Below the pieces are notes generated by a model, which worked only from the letters and a program-made list of their open reading frames with translations, searched no databases and was not told where the DNA came from. This document shows, piece by piece, positions 50,701 to 61,901 of a stretch of DNA of 64,000 nt (position 1 is the first letter of the stretch; every line of letters begins with the position of its first letter). The DNA is taken from positions 372,001 to 436,000 of the forward strand of contig OZ237752.1 in the NCBI GenBank assembly GCA_965178125.1, given 5' to 3'. The position numbers were made by a program, and so were the translations under genes. The stretch is from Bilabrum cf. latius (Eukaryota).

Positions 50701-53700
50701 GAGGTGCAGGTGGCTAGTCAGACGAGTCCTCGCAACCGCCTCTTCTCGCCCCTGGGAGTGCCCATCGTGACCTCGGTGACGCCCGACAGCGCCTTGGCGG
50801 GCGAGCGGCTGGTGATCGCCGGGACGAGCCTGGGCCGAAGCAGCGCGGATGTATCCCGTGTGAGCCTGGGTCCACACGAGTGCCTCAACGTAGTCGTACG
50901 CGGAGAGACGTCGTTGGAGTGCGTGGTGCCATCGCTGTCGGGCGGTAGCCTCGTGGGTCTCCCCGTGGTGGTGTATCAGAGCGGCGGGCTCTCCAGCGAC
51001 GAGACGAGTGCTCCAAGATTCACGTACGGTGTCACGGGAAGCCCCTGGCCGGACATCCCGCAGCATGTGCAGGCATGGCGAGAGCGCAACGACCGCATCA
51101 CGGTCCGCTGGGCATTCCCCGACCCTGCCGCGGTCTCTGTGAACGACCTTGGCCTGGAGCCGCTGGACGGCTTCTAGATCGACATGAGGTCGATTTCAAA
51201 GGTGGCAGTAGACGGCGATGGGACCAACACGAGTGTCTCCACGGCCTCAACCGAGTCCACTGCATTCGATGTGGACCTGGAAGAGCTGGCCGCGCAGTGG
51301 AGCTCCTCCGGCGGGGTTGCTGTCATGCAGGCCGTAGTCACGGCAATCGATGCGCGACCATTGAGTGTGCGGGTGCGGGCCCGCAGCGCCGCCGGGCCCA
51401 GTCCGTACTCGGCGTGGACGCCCGGCATCCCTTCATCATGCTCGCCGTCGGAGTTCCTCACGACTCATCTGCCGATGGCCGAGTGGGTGTGCCGTCCCTG
51501 CGACCTTCAGGCCTCGCTGTGCGACGGGGGCTCCACGTTCACGGTGGCGGCACGGGCGGGCTACCAGCGACTGCCGTGGGTGCTTGGTCGTGCGGCATTC
51601 TCGCGGTGCCTTCGTCCTGAGTCGTGCCTGTCTCTGGCGAGATTGGATGCGGCTGAGGCTGGTGGGTCTCCCGAGGAGGGGGCGCCAGATGCCCTCGTGC
51701 CCTCCTCCGGATCGACCGTGCAGCGACGACTCCAGCCAAGCCAGTATGCACCGTCGTCGGATTTGTCGCTGCAGTCACTGTATGAAGGCATTGCTCCGCC
51801 ACAGGCAATGTCGCTGCAGCGGGCTCGTGCAATACGCAAGTCAGCATCGAACACATCGGCGGTGCAGGGAGCCAGCATCAGTGAGCTGACCGACGCAGGA
51901 GCCCCACTGTGGGTGGGCGAGCGCTGCGAGGAGGGATACACGGGGCTGCTGTGCGCGCGGTGCCGGCCGGGGTACACGCCATGGGGGCAGTACGAGTGCA
52001 GGCAGTGCCGGGGTGGACTTGCCGTGTTTACGATTGCTGTGCTGGTGACGACAGCAATGGTGCTTGTGTCCATCGGCCTTGTGCTCAATGCACTGAGGCA
52101 AGGAGCGCAGGCAGCAGAGAAACTGGCGGCACAGCTAGGGGTAGGGGTAGGGGGTGCTGGACGGATCAAACCCGGATCCGATGGCGATCGCCCAACGAGC
52201 ATGACTCGTGTGTCACCTGAGCTCGGAGCTAGCGATGGTCCACGCATGATCATGGACAACCCCATGATGCATGGCAGGTCTGGCAGAGTGCACACAGCTG
52301 TACCGGCAGCATCTGAAAATGCATCCTCCGCAGACGACGAAGCCTCGGTCCCATCGGATGCACAAGATGGCACTATGAAGGAGCGCCGGGATCTGACCGT
52401 ATCGGCCATCAAGATCCTCTTCTCACACATTCAGGTGGTGGCAATCGCGGCATCCTTCAAGCTCAAGTGGCCCGACACGGCGATCCGTCTCTTCAACAGC
52501 ATGTCGGCTGTCTCCAGCGTCAGCTCGGACGTGCTCAGCCTCGACTGCATGCTGCAGCAGGCTACAGACGACGCAGAGGCCCTGGCGCAGGCAGCCAATG
52601 TGTCGGTGGACGACGCGGGAGCAGCGGAATGGGGAGCGATCGCGGCGCGGGCGGCGGCATCCGGGGACAACAACGCCACTGCTACGCCGCTGGACTGGCC
52701 GCACGCCCAGGAGACGGATGAGCAGCTGCTGGCCGACTCGCTCGGCGTTCATGAGGCCGTGACGCTGGGTGTGGGGGGCGCGTCCTCGGGTCTGGCGTCG
52801 CTGATGCCTCACGGGTCTGCGTACTTCCTGCGGACGACGATCGTGCTGCTCAGTCCATTGGTGATTGCCATGGGCCTGACCCTCTTCTGGCTGCTGGTGG
52901 ATGCGATCGATGGCTGTCTGTACGAATCAGAGCACCCGGACGAGGGCAGTGGCGAGCAGAAGGAAGGAGGGGAAGCGCAGGCGGATGTGCGAGAAGGGCA
53001 GGGCCAGGCTAGAGGGGAGCAGAAGAAGCCAGAGAAGATCGTAGGGGATGTAGCGCATGCGGAAGAGCAACGCGCTGCCGGCTCGCAGCAGCCGACTCAC
53101 GGCCAGAGCACTGCCAAGGCCGCTGCCTCCGTACCCGTCACTGACGAGCCAAAACAAGGCCATCGCCGGCGGTAGAGCCTGTTCCTGTCTATGGTCAGCA
53201 AGCCTACTCTCAGCGAAGCGCCTGGAGTCGAAGGTGCGGGTACACGTGCTGATGGCAGTGCGCTACCGGAGCAGACGGAGCTCGAGACGTTCTGTCTTGC
53301 AGGCAGCTCTCGCACCGGCAGCATCCTGCAGGCCGTGGGTGTGCCGCTGTCGGTCATGCGGCTCGGCCTAGGGATGCGCATCCTCTCCGGTCTGATCGTC
53401 GTTGGGTTCTTGGTGCACCTGACGCTAACAGAGGCCTCCTTCGGGCTGTTGACCTGCACCGACATCGAGCCTGACATGGACTTGGCAGCCGAGGACCAGC
53501 TGGATGCAGCCGAGGATAGGTCTGGCCGCCAGCTGAGTCCCAGCGGGTCGGACGAGTGTCCGGCGGGCACGGAGGGTAGGCGGCTCGTGCTGGACATGGA
53601 TGTGTGCTGCTACAACCCCGCGGCCATGGGGCTCATGTTCGGGGTAGGCATTCCTGCCATCCTGCTGCTGGCCGTGGGCATCCCGCTGGCGGCCGCTGTG

Positions 53701-54453
53701 AGGCTGTGGCAGGTCCGCGAGTAGCTCGCGACTCCGGGCGTGCTGGCCACTCTGGGCTTCCTGATGGCGGGGTTCCGCCACAATGCTTACTACTGGGAGG
53801 TGGTAATCATGCTGAGGAAGCTGGCCGTGGTGGCCATCACGGTGCTGGCGGAGCCGTGGGGGGTGCGCGTGCAGACGTACTCGGCGCTGGCCGTCATTTT
53901 CGCGGCCAGCGTGGTGCATTCCCTCAGTCGGCCGTACGTGGCACCGGAGCTCAATACACTCGAGCTGGTGGCACTGGTGGGCGCCTTCCTGACCTTCGAG
54001 GCCGGCCTCTTCCTGCACGACCCCAACTCGGGGGCAGCGACCATCACGGTGGCAACGGCAGTCGTGTTTGTGGCGAACCTCGCCGTGATGATGTGGGGCA
54101 TATACGTCATTCGAGGCAACCTGCTTAGGCGAGTGTAGGAGGTAGCCACAAGGGTATTTGGTATGTGTGGATGCAGGCAGGACCGGCAAGAGTGGGTGCA
54201 GAAGAACTCCGAGAGCATGGAGAAGCGGCGGCGAGCGAAGCTGGCCAGGTCGGGGTCTGCAGGCGCGGGTGCAGGCAGTAGAGGCACGAGCGGTCCTACT
54301 TGTGTATACGTTAATGTTGGCATGGGAGGTAGTCCAAAGCAGAGCGGCCTTACTGGTCAGGAGGGTGGTGTTGAAGGTGGCTCGGGTGGTGCTGCATGGG
54401 CGCGGACGCCGAGGAGCATTCCCGCGACACAGGGCACAGCGGAGTAGACTTGA
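41771..54453 (+). CDS. Giant (~4170 aa) cell-surface protein: FG-GAP/integrin-alpha-like propeller repeats, IPT/TIG domains, FN3-like and Cys-rich regions, and a multi-pass TM C-terminus
   Basis: Exon 1 (41771-41979) has a hydrophobic signal-like stretch; intron 41980-42155. Exon 2 (42156-54453) is one 12.3-kb frame with 20 TAG and no TAA or TGA until the end. TM motifs KILFSHIQV, YYWEVVIMLRKL, RPY...LNTLE. Confidence 0.85.
42244..45590 (+). repeat. Two blocks of six 207-nt (69-aa) coding FG-GAP repeats (42244-43430 and ~44377-45590)
   Basis: KISDTQGGFTGQLD..D.FG.SVASLGDLDGDGVVDMAVGA..DDDGG...GAVWVLFLRS.GTVKSHQ recurs at 207-nt spacing. Confidence 0.95.
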
Positions 54454-54570
54454 TGGCCTGGACTCGATCGAAGCAGCCCCCCGGCGGGGCACCTTGGGGC
54501 GGACCGGCGGCGGGACATAGTCGTGCAGCTGAGGTCCAGGCCCAGGGTCACGCGTTATTAAGGTTGCAAA

Positions 54571-54705
54571 TGGCCGCATCGCGGGGGAGCATTGCACCTG
54601 CCGCCGGCCTCGGGCCGAGACTAGCAGCAGGAACACTGGATAGGCTGGTCTGCGGCGCTGCTGACGGAGCAGCGGCCGCCCGCACCCGGCCAGACGATAC
54701 CGAAT
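54571..54705 (+). repeat. Dispersed repeat homologous to 23550-23683
   Basis: TGGCCGCATCGCGGG...TTGCACCT.CCGCCGG.CTCGGGCC.AGACTAGCAGCAGG is shared by both sites. Confidence 0.65.
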
Positions 54706-55249
54706 GAGAACGACTCTCCGGCCAGGTGGACGTCAGGGGATGATGCAGCAGGACGACAGCGAAGACTGCCAGCTGGGCATTCACCATGTTGAGTTGGACG
54801 ATGATGAGGAGGAGGAAGAGGACGAGGAGTGGGCTGCAGCTGCTGCTGGGAACTAGGAGGTAGGTGAATCCTCAATGGATTCCTCATTGTCCTCTTTGTC
54901 AGCATCGGCTGGTGCAGCCGCAATGGAGGACGATGAGGATGAAGAGGATGAGAGTATGTGAGGGGGTCTGAGGTCAACAGGAAGGGACTAAGGGGCGAGG
55001 TGGCGTGAGCTGTGAGGGAGGTCCGGCGTACCCATATCCACCGAACCAACACTTTGGCGCCAACGTCTACATCATCCGCTGTGATATGTAGGACCAGGAG
55101 GAACGACTGTACAATGTGCTAGAAGTGCAGTAGGAGCATCGTTTTCTCAATTATTGTACAGAAAGTACTTAATTTACCTACTTGCCTCTGACTTAATGTG
55201 TGAAGGCCCAACTTTCGCGGGGTATGGGGATTCCAGCCAATCAAATGGA

Positions 55250-58200
55250 TCATACTTGTTCGTCATCGTCCCCATCATTGACCGTGCTTTGCCCGCCAGA
55301 GCCAGCCACTGGGTACCGGGCTTCCCCTGGGTTTGCACCAGCTGCAACGGGGTATCTGCCGTCTGAAGTGCCGGGCACCTCGGGCGGTGCAGCCGGATCC
55401 GCCCCTGGAGCCGCAGCACTCGCACCACCAGCTGCGCCGCTGCCGCGCGCTTCGGCTTCTGCGTCCGCGATACCTACTCCCACCCCGCTCCAGGCCTCCT
55501 CTCTCCATAGGCACCGCCTGGCATCAAACAGGCTCGGTCGACGCGCGGGGTCCCAGCGCAGCATCGCGCCAACGAGCTGCTCGAACCAAGCAGGATACCG
55601 CTGGCCATCGACGTCGTCCTCCGCACCCAGCGCCACGGCGCGATTCAACGGGTCCGCACCCGCCCCGCTAGACGGTCCCAGCCCGCTCCCGCTTTGGCTC
55701 CAGTCGCCCGCAGCCTCAGCGTCGCCGAACACGGGCACCTGCGTTGTGCTCGAGCTCTTGGGTCGGTTGCTGTAGTCTCGGATCGGGTGCCTGCCGCCAG
55801 TCGCCAGCTCATACAGGAGCACTGCGGTTGCGAACGCCGCCTGACCGCCATACGGCACCTTCATCTGCGTGAGAGCGCGGCGCCTCTCCTGCGCGCTCGA
55901 GGACGATTTCTTGGCCTGCCCTGCTGCCCAGCCGTTTCTGACCTCCGGGGCCAGGTGCTCGGGATTCCCGCCCGGATCGCTTACCTCGGCAAGCACCGTG
56001 TCGTTCAGTGCGGCACGGATTACCCTGCACCTTGCCGGCTCGGTGGCTTCGTCAGCGAGCGCATGCACTGGCGGGCAGTACGCCTGTTCGGGCGGGTCCG
56101 CCCCCAGACTGAAGGCGCAACCCAGGTCGATGAGCACAAAGCGGGGGAAGCCAATGGCGCGGCTCGTCGATGCTTGATCCGGGGCCCAAGCCCCGTCCGA
56201 GGGCGAGCCACTGGCTTTGAAGGAATCAAGGGTGCTCGTTACTGCAGGATCCTCCACCATCACGTTGTCCAGCTTCAGGTCCCGGTGCACCACCCCGTAC
56301 CAGTTCAGGTGCCAGACGCCCTCGAGGATGTCTCGTGCAGCCTGCTGCATGAGCGGCCACGGGAGCATCCGTTGCGGGAAGCACGCCCGCCACTGCTGCA
56401 GGTTCTGCGGCATCCATTCGATCGCCATGAAAAGGGCAGGCAGTCTGCCCCTACCGGCAGATTTCCCCGCCGCAGCTTCTACAGCATCCGGATATTCCTG
56501 CGAGCCCTGATTGCCCGTCGATCCGGACGAGCCGGCCTGCCGCTCGAAGTCGTAGTAGCACTGGTGCCAGGCCCAGTCGGGCGGGGGTGCCTGCACGAGC
56601 CCCAGCAGGCGCACTAGGTTGCGGTGCTCAGGAATCGCTCGCAGTGCTGCGTGCTCCGATTCATACCTTTGCCTGTTGGACGCAGAAGACTGGCCCCAGT
56701 TGGCCAGCAATTTGACGGCCATGCAGCCACGCACGCCAGGAGGTGCCCTTGCGCTGGTGCCGGCGAGAGGTGCTGCAGCCGCTGCATTGGGAGCCCCTGC
56801 AAATGCACCCTAGTAGGGAGACACCGGATACAAGCCGGTGGAGGCTTGTGCGTTCGAAGCGGCGGCGGTACCGCTGCCCAGAACTACGCTGGACGACGCG
56901 ACCTTTGCGGCTGTCGCGTCGGCAGCCGGTCGTTTGCAGATAGCCACCGACCCGAATTGTCCCCTGCCCAGCACCCACGCAGGCGTGCTGGTAGTAGTAG
57001 CAGGTTGCGTGGTTTGAGCCGACTCGCTGCTGCTGCCTAGCCCCTCGATCGGGGTGGTGCTTTCGGGGCCGGTTGCGTCGCGGGCAGCACTTTGGCCGGC
57101 TTGACCGTTGCTACTTTCACCGTACAAGGATCCAAGGCACGCTTTCAATGCCTGGGCCTCTTCTTCGGCCGGAAGGATCGTCTCCAGGATGGAGCTAGCA
57201 TCAGGGCCGCGCACAACCTGCAGGTCTTCGGGGCCACCAGACCCACCGGCACGCAGCTGCGCCTGGTGCACGTCGTCTCGGATCGCTTCCACGGCTGGGT
57301 GCAGTGGCGGCGGCTTGCTCTGAGTGAGAGCACGAAGTGTGGTGCTGCCGGCCACGGCAGCCTCCACTAGGCCCAGCTGCCGCTTCGGCCGCTCCACGCT
57401 GGCTTGGGCGGCTCTGGCCTCAGCAGCTTCGGTGGCTTCCTGCGCTGCCTCCAGGTCGCTTCTCAGGCTCTCGATCTGCGCTGCTTGCACTTCCAGCTGG
57501 TCATTGAGCTCTTCGATGCGCGCCGACTGGGCACCTTGCGCAGCCGAAGCGGCAGCAGGGGCGGGAGCAGGAGCAGAAGTAGCGGGTGTGGCCCTCACGG
57601 TCGCTTCGATGCCCGAGTCTTGGTCTCCATAGAACGTCAGGGACTGGGTGATGACCTTGAGCCCACCGTATGAAAATGCGGCGGGGTACCACTTGCCGCC
57701 GCCGGGTACCATGCGAGAGAACACAACAGTTTTGCCGGAAGGGTACTTGACCGAGAGTACACCGCGGGCGCTGTCACCACTGAAGTCCAGTACGACCGTC
57801 GCGATCTGTCCGCTCTTGAGCTTGCATTCGTCTGCGCTGGTTCCGTCTTGTGCGGCCTCCGTGCTGCCGTTCACGTACAGAGTGCCGTTGAATGCCCGCA
57901 CTAGGTACGCCTTGTTGGCCGCGTTGTCATAACGGTTGTGACTGAGAGGACTCTGCGCCACTCCGAAGCAGAGCACTTCGTCTCCTGTGCTCTGTTCGGA
58001 CGTCGTGAAAGTCCACTCCATCCTGCCCTTGCTGATGCCTCGACTCGCTCGGACTCCAGAACTGCCGGTGAACGATGCCTCGGGGCCACTGGTTCGAACT
58101 CCGGAACCCTTGCGACTGTCCTGGTCCCAAAAATCGGAGAGTGGAGCAGCAACAGAATTGCCGTTGCCTCCAGGGGCCTGACCTGCTGCTACGCCGGCTG

Positions 58201-61200
58201 TGGGGCTCGCAGCCTGCACCTGCTCCGTGCCGGCCACGAGGAGATCAATGTCGCCATCAACCCTGTAGTTCTTTGTGGATTTATCAGGCCACAGAACCTG
58301 GACCCATCCGTCTAGAAATGATGGGTCCACGATAGTCCCAGGGCCGCTCTTGTCCTGGTCTCCCCACTCCCTGCGATGACAAAGAAAACTAGCGCGGCGA
58401 AAGTAGTGTGGCAGTCAGCGGCACCAGCAGCGATAGTAGCAGCAGCGCCAGCAGGACAAAGTGGGAGAACGGGATCAAAGGATGCTATCGCTAGGATATG
58501 TTTGGCAATCGCAACCCTGACGACTTCGAAATTGACTCACCAATCCGGCCCGCGCACCACGCGCATGCCTTTGACGGCGTTGGCCTTTGTAACCGGAGTG
58601 CCCGGCTCGGTGGAGGAGGGCTTGCTTTCTGGCAAGCAGCTGCCAAAGAGCAGCAGGTCTTTTTTGCCTTCTTTGCAGTGCTCGAAACGACCAGGTTTTC
58701 CCGACCACTCGACTACAACGCGATCCGACTTGACCTCGACCACGGTGCCGACAGCTCCGTGCCCGCCGTCTTCAACGCCAGACGCCCACTCCGGTCCTCT
58801 CGTTACGAGCGATCCTACTTTGGCTGAGGATGCAGCCACAACTCCATCATCGGGCACATCAGCGATCTCACTGAGCGTCTTGAGGCACAAGCGCCCCTTG
58901 CCGTATGTGAACGCTGCCGGGTACCACTTCGGCCCCTTGGTGATTGCCTGCGAAATGACGCACGTGCGACGAGGAGTCCGCATCATTAGGATTCCGTCTG
59001 GTCCTCGAAGGTCAAGTGCAAATTGGATCCGCTCCCTCGGCGAAAACTTCAGCTTGGATTGCGCCGTACCGTCCACCGCGGGTGCGACGCTCCCGTTGAC
59101 CATTACTTCCCCGCTGAAGGCCCGCACGTGGGTGACTTTGTTGGCCTCGCTGTCGAATGACTCGGAGCTAAAAGGTTTCTGCCCCACGCCGAGGCAAACG
59201 GCCTCGTCACCATCAGGGTGGTCAAACGTATCAACGGACCACTGCAGCAGGCCAGCTGAGGCGCCGTCCATGCCAAGCACGGCCCCCTTACCACTGGGGC
59301 ACTTTGCAGAATCGCCGTCGACGGACATGCTGCTTCCTTTCTTTGAGGCAGGGTCCCACCTGCAGGGCCCATACGTCGGGCTGTCCGGGTTCTCGCGTGA
59401 AGCCAGGGTGGGCGCGGCGGTCCCACCCGAACCACCTGCGATCCTGAGGTCCTTGTGAGACCTAACGCGGTAGCTGTTGACGACTCCTGAAGGCCAGCGA
59501 ATTTCACACCATCCGTCGCTGTCCAGCTCTTTCATGATGGTCCCGGGACCCGAGGAGTCCTGGTCGGCCCATTTCCTGCACAATGTCGAAGGTAAACGAG
59601 GGAAACAAGCAGGTGACTTCGAATCAGGGCGATATGCACCGAGGGGCTCGGTGACAAACAATCAGGACCAAAGCGGCTCACCAGTCGGGCCCCCGAACAA
59701 CCTTCAGGCCAACTTTGAGGTTTTCCGGTGTCAGAACCTCGCCGGCGCTTGCAGAGGACGCATCGCCACCGGTGGGTGCGGCTGCCGCCGGTTCACCATC
59801 GGCGACGCACAGGTCATAGCCACCATCGGCTCCCACACGATACTTGAACGCACCCCCATAGTCCCACTTCACTCCGACCCATGAATCGGAATCAACGTCT
59901 GAAACGACCGTCCCGACGTGACCCGGCCCCCCATCCTGGTTCTTCCACATCCAGGAGGGTCCACGAACCACGCGGAGACCAACCTTGCAGGTCTCCTTGG
60001 AGACGGGGGCACCGGCCTTGGCTGTCCCGGACGTAGGGGCGATCGGGGCGGCCGCGCCTGTCTCCCCTGGGGCGAGGCACAGGTCGTGTTCGGGGGACAC
60101 TCGATACCCCTGTGTCTTTCCGTTAGGCCAATGGACCATAACCCATCCATCTGCAATCGGATGTTCCCCCACAATGGTGCCAACAGCCCCTCCAGTAGCG
60201 GCGTCTTCGTCGGCCGAGTCCTAGTTACCCCATTCCCTGCGAGTGTGCATGCAATGGAAAGAACGTGCGCGCAAAATAAACAATGGTGCAATCAACACAG
60301 ACGATAGGCTACACTCGAAATGACGGGAGCGACCCGAAACGGTAGAACGTACCAGCCAGCACTCTTAGAGGCGTATGGCTAGCGAGCGAATGGACTCAGC
60401 ACGTTGCTCACCAGTCAGGGCCACGCACCACCTTTACTCCAGGCTACGCCAAGGCCTTTGTCACCGGTGCCCCAGGTGTCCCTGATGAGCTGGCAGGGGC
60501 TGGTGCTGAAGCTGGTGGTGCTGAAGCTGGTGCTGGCGCTGGTGCTGAAGCGGTGCTGGAGGTGGCAGCGCTGGCAATCTGCGACGCGGTTGCGATGCGG
60601 AGGTCCTGTTTCTCCTTCACTCTGTACGTGTTTCGGGAGCCTCCAGCCCATTGGACTGTTGCCCAGCCGTCGCCGTCCAGTTCCTCGACGACCTCTCCAA
60701 CGGCCTTGGCCCCGCTGCTGGTGCTGCCTCCGTCCTGATCTCCCCACTGCCTGCGGTGATGCCAGAACCGAGAAAATCAGAGGGGAGCAAGCAGCGATTC
60801 AGAATCGAAAAAATCAGAGGGGAGCAAGCAGGGAGCAAGCAGGGATTCAAATGGGCGGCTCGCTAACGAGCGCTGCGGTATGCACTACACTCAACTACAC
60901 TACACAGCACTGTACAGCACAGCACTGTAAGCCTACCTAGTATAGTCTACTGCACCACATTACAGTGCAGCGCTCCAGATGACAACTTGAAGCCTCATTC
61001 TGCTCCATGCCTCACCAGTCAGGGCCTCGCACCACCTTCAGGCCCACCTCGTACAGTTCCTCCGTGAGCGGTTTGCCTTCATTCTTTTGAGCTGGAGGGG
61101 CAGACGCGCCAGATCCGGGCGATATCGGCATGCAGACGAGATCGTGCTTGCCGTCTGCTCCCACTCTATACTTGTTGATCGATCCGTCCGTTCGGTCCCA

Positions 61201-61680
61201 TTTGACTGATGCCCACGAGTCTTCATCGACCTCATCCATGATCGTGCCTGGTCCGTGGCCGTCCTACTCGCCCCACTCCCAATCAGGGCCGCGCTGCACG
61301 CGCAGACCGACCTTGCAAGTGGACTTGTCGACGAGAACGCCGTCGAGCGGTGCAGTCGAACCACTGCCCTCATCGGCGTACTCCAGATCGTAAGCCCCAT
61401 CAGCACCGGCTCTATAGGCGTTCTGTCCACCCTGGTCCCATTCAACCCGTACCCATCCGGGCGCAGGTGCCCCTGGAACTATTTTGCCTTCGCCGTTGTG
61501 GTCCTGGTCTCCCCACCGCCAGTCTTTCCCGCGCCTTATTCGCCTTCCAACAGTCGCACTATCAGCAACTACTCTGTTTGAGGCCTGCGCAGCTAGATAT
61601 GGGGGGTTGGACAAGGTACCAAGCACGGTATACTGACATGAGAACGTGGCACTCGTTGCGATCCAGCTGTCACGTACCAT
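55250..61680 (-). CDS. Multidomain kinase: 8 MIB/HERC2 repeats, 2 SPRY/B30.2-like domains, a coiled coil and a PINK1-like kinase domain
   Basis: Exons: ATG 61680-61678, 61584-61016, 60750-60412, 60236-59682, 59575-58541, 58370-55250 (TGA). VVRGPDWxWGDQD repeats; LGRGQFGSV, AVK, HRDLKLDN, DLGC, GGNPEHLAPEV. TAGs at 61264, 60444, 60221 and 56810. Confidence 0.8.
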
Positions 61681-61901
61681 TTCAGTCTTATGTCCAGCGA
61701 AAGTCTCGTCCTTGAAAAACCGGCAGAATAAAATTCAGTGTCTCGATTGCTCGAACTTAATTGCTGGGCTGCAGCGTGCTCATTGGGATCCTCTGTCCAC
61801 CCACGCTTCTTTTCAATAATGTGCACGCAACCTCATGATAGGACCGAAGGTTCGCGAAAACAAGCTGAGGCTCAGCACGAAATCCTCTAGTTTCCCGCAG
61901 T

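Noticed and set aside
41771-54453. Cluster of nonsense-riddled pseudogenes or many small genes
   Set aside because: All interruptions are TAG in a single frame, with no TAA, TGA or frameshifts. Random decay would not produce this.
45800-60300. Long antisense and alternate-frame ORFs in the track (e.g. 53425-54636, 58376-59458, 55694-56617)
   Set aside because: They are shadows of GC-rich coding sequence on the other strand or frame and have no domain motifs.
60880-60970. (ACTAC/ACAGC)n-like pentamer run
   Set aside because: A short degenerate intronic microsatellite with no evidence of function.
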